The notes: generated from the sequence alone by a model not told the origin. Shown: positions 29,168 through 39,302, numbered from the stretch's first letter. The stretch: 41,368 nucleotides of DNA from a virus (IMGVR_UViG_2660238423_000035), one strand, 5' to 3'. A program made the numbers and translations.

Positions 29168-29737
29168 TTACTGGTTGTAAGGATCGTAATCCGTGATTGC
29201 CTTCCCCGGATTTTCATCTTCAGAAGGCAGTCGGGCTTCTAAAGCATTTCGGTTGAACAGATAGGAAGCCCTACAGTACGAACAAACCATATTAACGGCT
29301 CGCCCAAGGCCTGGCTTAGTAACCAGACCTTCCGCTTGCAATATAGATTTTCTCTTTTGCTCGTAGCAATTGGGACAAATATAAACCGGAGATTGGTCAG
29401 CATCTGCAGAAAGCTTGCTGCGATAGACCAGAGGACCCCGCATAGGCTGGTAAAGTTCATAGCTCGCCGCTTCAGCGGCCCAGTTCTCTTGCTTTACTTT
29501 CTCATTTTCCAGTTCAACAATTTTCTCCTTAGCCGCAATCAGCAGCTCCTGAAGCGACATTTGCTGCATCTGAACATCCATTAGCTTATCGAGTAAGATG
29601 TGCGTCTTCTCTTTAACTGCATAGTCGACAGTCAGATTCTGAATCTCTCTTGCTGCTCCAACCGCGCTTTTAATTGCTCCTCCCACGCCGGATAACGATT
29701 CAGTTATCCGGGAAAGAATTCCTTTTTCTTCAGACAT
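29168..29737 (-). CDS. Hypothetical coiled-coil/zinc-ribbon protein (189 aa), cargo gene beside immunity region
   Basis: Opposite strand to flanking cI and early-left operon; predicted coiled coil (…LQELLIAAKEKIVELENEKVKQENW…) and two CxxC pairs (CPNC … CSYC). Confidence 0.6.
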   Translation of the reverse strand: MSEEKGILSRITESLSGVGGAIKSAVGAAREIQNLTVDYAVKEKTHILLDKLMDVQMQQMSLQELLIAAKEKIVELENEKVKQENWAAEAASYELYQPMRGPLVYRSKLSADADQSPVYICPNCYEQKRKSILQAEGLVTKPGLGRAVNMVCSYCRASYLFNRNALEARLPSEDENPGKAITDYDPYNQ

Positions 29738-29876
29738 ATCTAATCTCTCTCAAACTGTAGGGGTGAAGAGATATTAGACGATTTCTCACTGTAGGGGTAC
29801 AAGGAGAACCACCTCGCCTGATGTGGTTAAAAGCAGGCACTCGATGATATCCATGTAATTGCTGTGTGTAGTCTTT

Positions 29877-29903
29877 GCCCGCCGCAAGTGACGGGCTTTT
29901 TTA
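29877..29903 (+). terminator. Intrinsic terminator (plus strand) upstream of early-left operon
   Basis: GCCCG…CGGGC hairpin followed by TTTTTT. Confidence 0.5.
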
Positions 29904-29961
29904 TGTCTGAAAGCGCACTCGCAACAGCGCGCTCCCCGATATGAAAAAAGGAATACAACCG

Positions 29962-30111
29962 ATGAAACCTGAACACATCCATCGACTGACGGGGCGCGAT
30001 GTTCTCCGTTATCGCCGTAAAAACTTCGATTTGATGACCGGTCTGGCCGTTGCCACTGCGCTCGGTCTGATCATCACTTTCATTCTCCTTGTAGCGAGGA
30101 CCACAGTATGA
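29962..30111 (+). CDS. Small membrane protein (49 aa; 56 aa if started at 29941), not in the ORF track
   Basis: ATG with AGGA RBS; C-terminal hydrophobic helix …LMTGLAVATALGLIITFILLVA…; stop overlaps start of the 300-aa gene (ATGA). Confidence 0.4.
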   Translation: MKPEHIHRLTGRDVLRYRRKNFDLMTGLAVATALGLIITFILLVARTTV

Positions 30112-31010
30112 GTTTAGAAACCAGTCTCGAACTTAATAATCAACTTCTGGCACAACATAATGCGCTGCTTGAACGTCTTATCCGCACAATGGCATCAGGC
30201 ATTGTTATGCATCCTGACACGATTTCACGAGTGCAGGAATGTCGGGATACAGCAACTGAAACTGAAAATATGTCAGCGGCAATGACACTGGATGATCTGG
30301 AGTTCAGCGACGTTATCGCACTGGCTGGTTTCTACCCGGTAGCCACCCCTATCACAGAAGACATGCTGCAACGTGCTGTTGCCTACCGTGATGCTGAAGG
30401 CGATAAACGAGTTGTTCAGATTGATGCTCTCGACAGCGCATTGCAGGGCGTCAAACGAGCCAGGGCGCTGCTTAAACCTGCTCTCCTGGACCTGTCCCGT
30501 AACATCCTTAAGTTCTGGGACGACCTGCCAACCATCGGCGAGCGACGTGCTTTTGCCGAGCAGCTACTTGATGCACCTGCGGATGGGCGTGATGAAGTTA
30601 AGCCGAAAAAGGCCAGTAACAAGGATGGAGAACGCACGGGGCCGTTTTACGTCAAAAATGTATCCGGCACAGCAGCCAGTGAACTCCACACCTTACGCAA
30701 GTTGAACGAGATGCTGAAAAAAGGCCATATCGAGATCAACCGTGTTGAGTACCTTCAGCTGCAGGAAGAATTTGCACGCAGAGACGCAGCAAATTCCAGC
30801 CAGAATAATGACGCCAAAGATGACCATACAATTGATTTCGCGGCACTACGCAAACAAGCTGAAGGGTTGATCCTCCAGTTAGCAAAAGGGGGTTACCGGG
30901 CAGAAGCTATTGCAATTCTGGAAAAACAGGGAGCCAGGAAACTTGGTGAAGTAACGGATGAAAATCTCGCTGAAGTAATCACCCTGGCTGAAAAAGCACT
31001 GGAGGGTTAA
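30108..31010 (+). CDS. Hypothetical protein (300 aa), first large gene of early-left operon
   Basis: ORF, coupled to neighbours; no motif recognised. Confidence 0.55.
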   Translation: MSLETSLELNNQLLAQHNALLERLIRTMASGIVMHPDTISRVQECRDTATETENMSAAMTLDDLEFSDVIALAGFYPVATPITEDMLQRAVAYRDAEGDKRVVQIDALDSALQGVKRARALLKPALLDLSRNILKFWDDLPTIGERRAFAEQLLDAPADGRDEVKPKKASNKDGERTGPFYVKNVSGTAASELHTLRKLNEMLKKGHIEINRVEYLQLQEEFARRDAANSSQNNDAKDDHTIDFAALRKQAEGLILQLAKGGYRAEAIAILEKQGARKLGEVTDENLAEVITLAEKALEG

Positions 31011-31012
31011 TC

Positions 31013-32314
31013 ATGCCAGACGTTCATGCACAACTTTCTCCATCATCAGCGCATCGATGGATGCGCTGCCCAGGAAGTCTGGCGCTGGAGGCCACACAAC
31101 CGGATAAAGAAACAACTTTTGCAATCGAGGGCACTGCAGCGCACGCGCTTGCTGAAAAAGTTCTACGAAACAGGCAAAGCCACCCGGAACACTACGCCGG
31201 ATGCAATGTTTCTATGTTTCTCGGCTCATACCCCCTTCGCGAAAATCCTGATGATACATCTGGCCCACAGGTGGATGATGAAATGGTCGAAGCCGTTGGC
31301 CGGTATGTTGATACGGTCTGGACTCTTGCACAGAATAATGAAATATTGGTTGAACAACGTGTTGATTTCTCACATATAACGGGTGTGGAAGAATCTTTCG
31401 GAACTGCCGACGGAATAATCATTGCTGGTAGCGAATTACAAATCCACGACCTGAAATATGGCAAAGGCGTCCGCATTGATGCAGAACAAAATGAGCAACT
31501 ACAACTGTATGCTCTGGGTGCGCTCGAACAATTCAGCATGCTGTATGACTTTGAGACTGTAAGATTATTTATTCACCAGCCAAGGCTCAACCACGTTTCA
31601 GAATGGTCGTTAACCGTACAGGAACTTCAGTCTTTCGGTGAACGGGCACAGAAGGCCGCAACCAGTGCGATCCTTGTTCTCAATATTGCTGAATGCGAAG
31701 GCATTGAGACACTACCTCTGGAAAACTTCATACCTGGAGAAAAACAGTGCCGCTTCTGTAAAGCAAAAGCTATTTGCACTGCCCAGAAAATGCAGCATTT
31801 ACAAACAGCGGCCAGCGATTTTGAAGATCTGACAAAGCCTGTCAGCGAAATAATCACCAATGCCAGCGCACGTGTACCTCTGTTAACCATTGAGCAGCTT
31901 GCGGAGATCTATAGCCAGGCCGACTTTATTGAATCCTGGCTAAAGGCAGTACGAGACCGGGTTCACAATGAACTCAATGCCGGACATCCGGTACCGGGGT
32001 TTAAACTGGTAACAGGAAAACAAGGTAACCGGGCCTGGAGTGATGAAGAGGCAGCTCGCGCACTTCTGAAGGACCAGTTCAGGTACAAAACTGAAGAAGT
32101 ATTCGACTTTAAACTTATTAGCCCCACAAAAGCCGAAAAACTTATCAAAAAGGCCAGTCCGCGCCGCTGGTCAAAAGTCGAGGCACTGATAACACGAGCT
32201 GATGGTAAACCCACCATCGTTCCCGAGTCAGACCCACGCCCCGCACTCAATATCAACCCTGTAAATGATTTCGACGACGTATCCGACGATACGCTAACCG
32301 CAGACCTCATCTGA
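31013..32314 (+). CDS. PD-(D/E)XK nuclease, DUF2800 / Cas4-like
   Basis: 433 aa; N-terminal …[14 protein letters not shown]… and C-terminal Cys cluster …[10 protein letters not shown]… typical of Cas4/AddB-type Fe-S nucleases; …IHDLKYGKG… catalytic-like motif. Confidence 0.7.
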   Translation: MPDVHAQLSPSSAHRWMRCPGSLALEATQPDKETTFAIEGTAAHALAEKVLRNRQSHPEHYAGCNVSMFLGSYPLRENPDDTSGPQVDDEMVEAVGRYVDTVWTLAQNNEILVEQRVDFSHITGVEESFGTADGIIIAGSELQIHDLKYGKGVRIDAEQNEQLQLYALGALEQFSMLYDFETVRLFIHQPRLNHVSEWSLTVQELQSFGERAQKAATSAILVLNIAECEGIETLPLENFIPGEKQCRFCKAKAICTAQKMQHLQTAASDFEDLTKPVSEIITNASARVPLLTIEQLAEIYSQADFIESWLKAVRDRVHNELNAGHPVPGFKLVTGKQGNRAWSDEEAARALLKDQFRYKTEEVFDFKLISPTKAEKLIKKASPRRWSKVEALITRADGKPTIVPESDPRPALNINPVNDFDDVSDDTLTADLI

Positions 32315-32329
32315 TTTAAGGAAATCCCC

Positions 32330-32878
32330 ATGAAACTGAAGCTGAACAATGTTCGTCTGGCCTTCCCGTCTCTGTTTGAAGCTAAAACTGTAAACGGCGA
32401 AGGCGATCCGCGTTTCTCCGCAGTATTTTTAATGTCTCCCAAACACCCACAACTGGAAGAAATCCGTAAAGCTATGAAGCAGGTAGCGAAGGAAAAATGG
32501 GGGGAGAAGTGGGAGTCCATTTATAACCAGCTGGAGAAAAAACTCAATCTGTGCCTGCATGATGGTGATGAAAAAGCAGAGTATGAAGGCTTTCCCGGCA
32601 ATTTCTTCCTGAACGCTGCTAACAAAGCGCGCCCAGCTGTTCTTGATCGCGATCGTTCGCCACTAATTCAGGCTGATGGACGTCCCTATGCAGGGTGCTA
32701 TGTAAACGCCGTTATCGATATCTGGGCACAGGACAATAATTTCGGTAAACGCATTAATGCCTCACTCGGCGGAGTCCAGTTCCTGCGAGACGGCGATGCA
32801 TTCGCTGGCGGCGGAGTGGCAAGCGCTGACGATTTTGACGATATCAGCGAAGGTGCTGATGCTGAAGCACTAATTTAA
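32330..32878 (+). CDS. DUF2815 family ssDNA-binding-like protein
   Basis: 182 aa; position after DUF2800 gene as in PolA-type phage replication modules; acidic C-terminal tail (…DDFDDISEGADAEALI). Confidence 0.6.
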   Translation: MKLKLNNVRLAFPSLFEAKTVNGEGDPRFSAVFLMSPKHPQLEEIRKAMKQVAKEKWGEKWESIYNQLEKKLNLCLHDGDEKAEYEGFPGNFFLNAANKARPAVLDRDRSPLIQADGRPYAGCYVNAVIDIWAQDNNFGKRINASLGGVQFLRDGDAFAGGGVASADDFDDISEGADAEALI

Positions 32879-32929
32879 AAATATTCATCCCCCAGCTACG
32901 TGCTGGGGTATCTCATGAGGGAAAGTATA

Positions 32930-33571
32930 ATGTCACAGCCCGTATTAACTAATCACCTTAAAACTCAAATCATCAATAACGCACTTGAGAAAGCGGGTAT
33001 CCCCAAACGTAAATCAGCACTACGAGCTGCTCGTGTTGAATGGGCCGAACGTGTTCGGCTTGCAGCTATCGGGGGCGTAGAGAAAGAAGCTGAAATATTA
33101 AAAAATATAAAAAAAATAGAAACACTGGTATCAAAAGTCCCCGAAGCATTAAAAAACAATAGTTCTTTAATTCGAAAAGATTGCTGCATATATCTCAATC
33201 TGGCTGGAGCCAGAGCAAACATTTATTTCAATGGCAACTACAGAGGTTATGAATCAGGAGCCCCCGAGCATATTAATAAAATAACACCTGCAGAATTTAC
33301 TCTACTTGGCGAAGATCCTCTGGTAACGGAGTTTTATAGCTTTGATGCTCTCTACACACAAATTAAAAGTGATGAAACCGAAATCATACAGAACGTCAGC
33401 GCGGCTCTAAATAAAGTTCGGACAGTAAAACAATTACTGGATGTATGGCCCGAAGCTAAAGAACTGCTTCCAACAGACGCACCGCCAGTCCCTTTAGCAC
33501 CAGCAGTACATCGAGAGACATTAAATGAAATGATAGGCCTTCCTACCAATACAGTGTCTGATACTCAATAA
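32930..33571 (+). CDS. Hypothetical protein (about 213 aa), AT-rich insert
   Basis: Start chosen at ATG preceded by GAGG RBS (ORF track opens at 32900); visibly AT-rich; no motif recognised. Confidence 0.55.
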   Translation: MSQPVLTNHLKTQIINNALEKAGIPKRKSALRAARVEWAERVRLAAIGGVEKEAEILKNIKKIETLVSKVPEALKNNSSLIRKDCCIYLNLAGARANIYFNGNYRGYESGAPEHINKITPAEFTLLGEDPLVTEFYSFDALYTQIKSDETEIIQNVSAALNKVRTVKQLLDVWPEAKELLPTDAPPVPLAPAVHRETLNEMIGLPTNTVSDTQ

Positions 33572-34254
33572 CAAGGGGGATGCTTATTATATGATTTTGA
33601 ACGTTTTACAATCTCGTTAAGAGGCGTGAAATCAAAATCTCTGAATAACACATCAGGATACTTCGCTCTTGCTTTATCCAGCAAACCAGTTAAAGTATTT
33701 TTTGTGTTACCCAACATTGTATTAACCGCCACTACATGTCTAATTTCTGGAGGTTTATCTATACCACCAGAAATTGCTTCATTAAGAACCGACGCCAGTG
33801 GGGTTTGTCCCTTACTTGTTGAATCCCACAGCGTCATTAACAGACGAGCTGCGTCTATAAATAGCTTTTTGTCAGCATTTGGCTTGACAGTAATACCAGA
33901 ACTACCTGAGCCAGAACCGGAACGTTCTATTGCTGCACTGGTATCCGATTTCATAGGATTAAATAACGGCAGCTCTGTACAACCGATACGCCGAATGAAA
34001 TCCTTTGCAACATCTCTACCACAGAAAAAAGCCCCTGTACAATTTTCATCAGAGCGTTTTTTAAATGAAAAACAATAGTACTGATCGGTTAACGGATAAC
34101 CGGAATAACTGGTTTTAGTTTGTCCAGTAATAAGTTTCAGGTGTGCAACAGGCTGAATAATAAAATCCCGAACTATCGCATCTTTTATGTCGTTACCACG
34201 GTGACAATAATATTCAGGTAATCCATTAGGCTGTCTCTTATTACCCACAGTCAT
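33565..34254 (-). CDS. Hypothetical Cys/His-rich protein (229 aa), AT-rich insert on opposite strand
   Basis: Convergent with and overlapping the 3' end of the preceding gene by 7 nt; N-terminal Cys/His-rich region, GSGSGSSG linker, helical C-terminal domain. Confidence 0.55.
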   Translation of the reverse strand: MTVGNKRQPNGLPEYYCHRGNDIKDAIVRDFIIQPVAHLKLITGQTKTSYSGYPLTDQYYCFSFKKRSDENCTGAFFCGRDVAKDFIRRIGCTELPLFNPMKSDTSAAIERSGSGSGSSGITVKPNADKKLFIDAARLLMTLWDSTSKGQTPLASVLNEAISGGIDKPPEIRHVVAVNTMLGNTKNTLTGLLDKARAKYPDVLFRDFDFTPLNEIVKRSKSYNKHPPCY

Positions 34255-34315
34255 TAGTTGTCTCCTTTAATTCATGATATCTAGCATTTAACCATATACC
34301 ATATGAGGATATTTT

Positions 34316-36379
34316 ATGTCCAATATACTATGGGGCGACCTGGAAACCTATTGCGAAATCCCTATTACGAACGGTACCCATGCGTATGCCGAAGGCGTTG
34401 AAGTGATGCTTTTCGCATGGGCTATCAACGACGGGCCAGTAAACGTGTGGGATATCACTGCCGGTGGTGGTATTCCACACGGCTTATACGAAGCAATCGC
34501 AGACCCTGAAACCCTGCTTTATTTTCATAACTCTCACTTCGACCGCACCGTCCTGCGTTATGCAATGCCGCGCCTGGCACCGCCAGTCGAACGTTGGCGC
34601 GACACAATGGTGCAGGCGCTGGCGCACGGTCTCCCGGGGTCTCTGGGGGAACTCTGCGAAATACTCGGCGTCCCGCAAGACAAAGCGAAGGACAAAGAAG
34701 GTAAAGCGCTGATCCAGCTGTTCTGTAAGCCCCGCCCGAAAAACAGCAAACTGCGCCGTGCCACCAGCAAAACCCACCCGGAAGAATGGCGGCGCTTTGT
34801 TGCTTACGCCGGACTGGATATCGAGGCAATGCGCGAAGTCTATAAACGTCTGCCGAAGTGGAATTATCAGGGGACAGAGCTGGCGCTCTGGCATCGTGAT
34901 CAGCAGATCAACGACCGGGGCGTCTGCATGGACATGCAACTCGCGCGCGCTGCGATCGAAGCGGTAGACCAGGAGCAAAAGCGCCTGGCAAAGCGTACAC
35001 AGGAAATGACTGATGGCGAAGTGCAGGCAGCCACACAACGAGACGCGTTGATTAAGCACATTGTTGAATCCTACGGTGTGGAGCTACCAGACATGCAACG
35101 CAGTACTCTGGAACGTCGTATTGCCGACCCCGATTTACCATCTGCCGTGAAAGAACTGCTGGCTATCCGACTGCAGGCCAGTACTACCAGCACCAGTAAA
35201 TACAAGGCACTGATGAAAGGCGTAAGCCACGACGGGCGCTTACGCGGTACGCTACAGTTCTGCGGGGCGTCACGTACCGGTCGTTGGGCCGGACGGCTAT
35301 TCCAGCCCCAGAATCTTCCCCGCCCTTCACTAAAACAGGAACAAATAGACGAAGGCATCGAAGCACTGAAAGCCGGATGTGCAGACCTGCTGTTTGACAA
35401 TATCATGGAACTAACCAGTTCAGCGTTACGTGGCTGCATTATCGCGCCAACAGGCAAAAAACTGGTGGTAAGTGACTTGTCGAACATTGAAGGCCGTATG
35501 CTGGCATGGCTGGCAGGAGAAGAATGGAAACTGAATGCATTCAGAGAGTACGACGCCGGAACGGGTCCGGACTTATATAAACTGGCGTATGCAAAAGCTT
35601 TCGATATTGCACCAGATGATGTTGATAAACACATGCGTCAGATCGGTAAAGTCATGGAACTCGGTCTGGGTTATGGTGGTGGTGTGTCGGCCTTCATCAC
35701 TTTTGCACTGGTTTACGGTCTCGATCTCGACGAGCTGGCGAACGCCGCACTACCAAACATTCCCCGCGATGTTATCCGCGAGGCGAAAAGCTGGTACGAC
35801 GAATCGGTTAAACGCAAGTCAACCTACGGGCTTTCTGAACGGGTATTTATCGCCTGCGACTCACTTAAACGTCTCTGGCGCCGGGCGCATCCCGCGACCT
35901 GTGATTTCTGGTACGAACTGGAGCGCACCGTCCGCACTGCAATCGCCACACCGCAAAAAACATTGTATTGCGGTTATCTTAAAATCCGCCGCGATGGCGC
36001 GTGGCTGCGCATACAGCTACCATCCGGACGCGCTGTATGCTACCCGTCTCCGGTTATCGAAAAAGGGAATATCACCTACATGGGGGTTAACTCTTATTCG
36101 CGTAAATGGCAACGACTCAAAACCTACGGCGGAAAGCTGGTGGAGAACATCACCCAGGCGGCCGCCCGCGACATTCTGGCCGGAAACATGCCGCTTATCG
36201 AAGATGCCGGTTACAGCATTGTGCTGACGGTACACGACGAGGTGATCACCGAAGCACCTGACACAGAAGATTTCAACGATAAAGCGCTTTCCGCACTTCT
36301 CTCCACTAACCCCGAATGGGCGCCCGATATCCCACTGAACGCTGGCGGTTTTGAGGCGTACCACTACCGTAAGGATTAA
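34316..36379 (+). CDS. DNA polymerase, family A, with 3'-5' exonuclease domain
   Basis: 687 aa; exo motif …WGDLETYCE…; polymerase motif A …[16 protein letters not shown]…, motif B …[16 protein letters not shown]…, motif C …TVHDEVI…. Confidence 0.85.
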   Translation: MSNILWGDLETYCEIPITNGTHAYAEGVEVMLFAWAINDGPVNVWDITAGGGIPHGLYEAIADPETLLYFHNSHFDRTVLRYAMPRLAPPVERWRDTMVQALAHGLPGSLGELCEILGVPQDKAKDKEGKALIQLFCKPRPKNSKLRRATSKTHPEEWRRFVAYAGLDIEAMREVYKRLPKWNYQGTELALWHRDQQINDRGVCMDMQLARAAIEAVDQEQKRLAKRTQEMTDGEVQAATQRDALIKHIVESYGVELPDMQRSTLERRIADPDLPSAVKELLAIRLQASTTSTSKYKALMKGVSHDGRLRGTLQFCGASRTGRWAGRLFQPQNLPRPSLKQEQIDEGIEALKAGCADLLFDNIMELTSSALRGCIIAPTGKKLVVSDLSNIEGRMLAWLAGEEWKLNAFREYDAGTGPDLYKLAYAKAFDIAPDDVDKHMRQIGKVMELGLGYGGGVSAFITFALVYGLDLDELANAALPNIPRDVIREAKSWYDESVKRKSTYGLSERVFIACDSLKRLWRRAHPATCDFWYELERTVRTAIATPQKTLYCGYLKIRRDGAWLRIQLPSGRAVCYPSPVIEKGNITYMGVNSYSRKWQRLKTYGGKLVENITQAAARDILAGNMPLIEDAGYSIVLTVHDEVITEAPDTEDFNDKALSALLSTNPEWAPDIPLNAGGFEAYHYRKD

Positions 36380-36384
36380 CTCCT

Positions 36385-36600
36385 ATGTCATTTAAATACC
36401 GGGACAATCCACTTTATTACAGGGCTGCAAGGGAAGCTTTGCGACTTGAACAATCCGGCGAATATGACCGGGCAGCGGAGGTCTGGGCAAAAGCCAACCG
36501 CGAATCACATCACGAACTGAATCAGGAATGGAGTGAACGCAGATCTGATTTTTGCCTGATGCAGAATATGCGTGAAAAGCGTAAGGCGGTCGAAGAATGA
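36385..36600 (+). CDS. Hypothetical small protein (71 aa)
   Basis: ORF coupled to neighbours. Confidence 0.4.
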   Translation: MSFKYRDNPLYYRAAREALRLEQSGEYDRAAEVWAKANRESHHELNQEWSERRSDFCLMQNMREKRKAVEE

Positions 36601-36896
36601 TCGTTTACGTTGCCGGGCCAATGAGCGGTTACGAGCAATTTAACCGCCCGGCCTTTCATTCCGCAGCAAAGAGGCTAACGGACAAGGGATATGTTGTGCT
36701 TAACCCCGCAACTTTACCCAATAGTTTGACACAGGCTCAGTACATGGACATCTGCCTCGCAATGCTTCGCTGTGCCGATACGATTTATATGCTCAAAGAG
36801 TGGGAGTACTCTGCCGGCGCACGTGCAGAAAACGCGTTGGCAGAGAAACTGGAATTGAATGTGCTTTTTGAAGAGTGGGATTCAGATGTCCTATGA
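36597..36896 (+). CDS. DUF4406 / nucleoside 2-deoxyribosyltransferase-like protein
   Basis: 99 aa; N-terminal MIVYVAGPMSG… characteristic of this fold family. Confidence 0.55.
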   Translation: MIVYVAGPMSGYEQFNRPAFHSAAKRLTDKGYVVLNPATLPNSLTQAQYMDICLAMLRCADTIYMLKEWEYSAGARAENALAEKLELNVLFEEWDSDVL

Positions 36897-37155
36897 ACGT
36901 GAAAACCTAATCGAGAAGCATCTCGTCGCCGAAGTGAAAAAGGCTGGTGGGGTCGCCTTTAAGTTCATATCACCTGGTCGCCGCTCGGTACCAGATCGCA
37001 TTGTTCTGCTACCCGGCGGCCGTCTCGTTTTCGTTGAATGTAAATCTCCCGGCAAGCCACCACGGCCTGACCAGTTGCGCGAGCATGAACGTCTGCGAAA
37101 GCTAGGCTTTACCGTGGTAGTACTGGATAGCAAAAATTTAGAGGGGATATTGTGA
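36886..37155 (+). CDS. VRR-NUC domain nuclease
   Basis: 89 aa from MSYEREN…; …LLPGGRLVFVECKSPGKP…QLREHERLRKLGF… matches VRR-NUC pattern; ORF track opens earlier at 36859. Confidence 0.7.
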   Translation: MSYERENLIEKHLVAEVKKAGGVAFKFISPGRRSVPDRIVLLPGGRLVFVECKSPGKPPRPDQLREHERLRKLGFTVVVLDSKNLEGIL

Positions 37156-37284
37156 GACAATCATTCTGAGCGATTTTTCTTGAGCTTAGAAGCTTTTAAA
37201 AAACATACTTTTAGTTGTTGTGTTTCTTTTATGCTTACAGGAATTAATTTCCCCTCAATTCCTTCGACACTCATAAATTCAGAG

Positions 37285-37887
37285 CTATTTTTTTTTACAG
37301 TTCCCCAAGACAAATTTTCCGTTATAGCTTTCGATAATATAAGCATCATATTTTTTAGAATAAAAAAGAGGCTCATCTGATAAGTATGCCCATGCCCACC
37401 CAAGGACTGAAGGAAGCATTGCTATAGATATAAAAAGCATAACCCCATGAGTTTTGTTTTTTATTCTAAATTCATTCCTAATAAAAACAGATACTGCCCT
37501 GACACTGATAGGGCTAATAAATCCCAACAGTATTGCTTGGGTAGCCACATCCCTTATGGATTTTTCATAAAGGTATGAGCTACCGCCATATAAATACATT
37601 GTCCAGTATGAAAGCAAAGAGGCCAAAATGAAGAAAAATAAATACACCCACCATGGAATATTCTTCTCTTCAGTATCAATATGCAGCAAAGCGACTAAGG
37701 TGCACAAAAGTCCTAATGCAATAACAGAAAATTTAACTATTTCCTCAATCCCAATAGAAATAAAACTTACAGGGAATCCATAAAATGAGCTGTACCCTTT
37801 GTAAAAAGAAAAAGCCATAAAATAAAGGGCGGCCAAGAGAACCGTTGTAATTGATAAATCTTTTACATTCATGATGTTCAAGAGCAC
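37285..37887 (-). CDS. Multi-pass inner-membrane protein (200 aa), AT-rich opposite-strand insert
   Basis: Five to six hydrophobic helices; strongly AT-rich; only about 23 bp between its start and the divergent helicase start. Confidence 0.6.
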   Translation of the reverse strand: MLLNIMNVKDLSITTVLLAALYFMAFSFYKGYSSFYGFPVSFISIGIEEIVKFSVIALGLLCTLVALLHIDTEEKNIPWWVYLFFFILASLLSYWTMYLYGGSSYLYEKSIRDVATQAILLGFISPISVRAVSVFIRNEFRIKNKTHGVMLFISIAMLPSVLGWAWAYLSDEPLFYSKKYDAYIIESYNGKFVLGNCKKK

Positions 37888-37910
37888 CTTTCTAATCAGG
37901 GATTTTCTTC

Positions 37911-39302
37911 ATGATAACTTTTAAACCACGTCCCTACCAAGATCTCATCATCAATCATCAAATCGAGCCCCTGCGCGGCAACATCTGGGCAGGGATGGGG
38001 ATGGGTAAAACCGTAGCGACACTCACCACGCTGGAAGATCTTTTCATGGCTGGAGCAGAAACACGCCCCGCGCTGGTCCTCGCGCCGCTACGCGTTGCAG
38101 CAAGCACTTGGCCTGATGAAGCTGTTAAATGGGGGCATCTGCGTAATATTGAGGTACAGCCGATCATCGGTAACGCCAAAGCGCGCTCTACAGCGCTGGC
38201 GAACAGCAACGCGAGCGTGTTCACAATCAACTACGATAACCTTGTCTGGCTGGTTGAAGAATTGGGAGAACGATGGCCGTTCGGTACTGTCATTCCAGAT
38301 GAAAGCACCCGGCTAAAATCCTTCCGGCTGCGAGGTGGTGGTAAGCGCGCGGCGGCGCTGGGCAAAGTGGCGCACAAGTATGTCCGGCGCTGGATAAATC
38401 TCACCGGTACGCCAGCACCGAACGGCCTGGTAGATTTGTGGGGACAATCGTGGTTTGTGGACCAGGGGCAACGTCTCGGGCGCACTTACGGCGCGTTTAC
38501 CTCACGCTGGTTCAAATCGATACAGTTTCCGGGGCAGAGCTGGACCAAACTGGAGCCTTTTGCTCACTCACAGGGTGAAATACAGCGAGCGTTAGCCGAT
38601 GTGACCCTCTCGCTGGATGCGGCCGACTGGTTCGATATCAAAGACCCCATCCATAACGTAATCCGCGTGGATATGCCGCCGAAGGCCCGTCAGCAGTATC
38701 GTGAAATGGAAAAGGAAATGTACCTCGAGCTGAATGGCGAAGGCATCGAAGCACCGAACGCCGCGGCAAAGACACTGAAGTGTCTGCAAATCGCCAGCGG
38801 CGCAGTATACACAGATGACACCGGAAGTTGGTCAGAACTGCATGACACCAAACTACAGGCGCTGGACAGCATACTGACCGAAGCAGCTGGCGCACCTGTG
38901 CTGGTTGCTTATCACTGGAAACACGATCTTGAACGCTTGCTTAAAGCATTTCCTCGCGGTCGTCACCTCGACCAGGATCCACAGACACTACGTGACTGGA
39001 ATTCCGGAAAGATTCCTGTTCTCTTTGCACACCCAGCCAGCGCGGGCCACGGTCTGAACATGCAGGACGGCGGAAATATACTGGTATTTTTCTCACACTG
39101 GTGGGACCTGGAGCAATATCAGCAAATTATTGAACGTATCGGCCCAACCAGACAGATACAGGCCGGACACAATCGTCCGGTATTTATTCACCACATTATT
39201 GCTGCCGACACTATGGACGAAATGGTGATGGAGCGGCGCAACTCAAAACGAACAGTGCAGGACATCCTGCTCGATGCCATGAAAAAGAGAGGTATAGCAT
39301 GA
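37911..39302 (+). CDS. SNF2-family helicase (superfamily 2 ATPase)
   Basis: 463 aa; Walker A …GMGMGKTV…, DExx box …VIPDESTRLK…, C-terminal helicase domain. Confidence 0.75.
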   Translation: MITFKPRPYQDLIINHQIEPLRGNIWAGMGMGKTVATLTTLEDLFMAGAETRPALVLAPLRVAASTWPDEAVKWGHLRNIEVQPIIGNAKARSTALANSNASVFTINYDNLVWLVEELGERWPFGTVIPDESTRLKSFRLRGGGKRAAALGKVAHKYVRRWINLTGTPAPNGLVDLWGQSWFVDQGQRLGRTYGAFTSRWFKSIQFPGQSWTKLEPFAHSQGEIQRALADVTLSLDAADWFDIKDPIHNVIRVDMPPKARQQYREMEKEMYLELNGEGIEAPNAAAKTLKCLQIASGAVYTDDTGSWSELHDTKLQALDSILTEAAGAPVLVAYHWKHDLERLLKAFPRGRHLDQDPQTLRDWNSGKIPVLFAHPASAGHGLNMQDGGNILVFFSHWWDLEQYQQIIERIGPTRQIQAGHNRPVFIHHIIAADTMDEMVMERRNSKRTVQDILLDAMKKRGIA

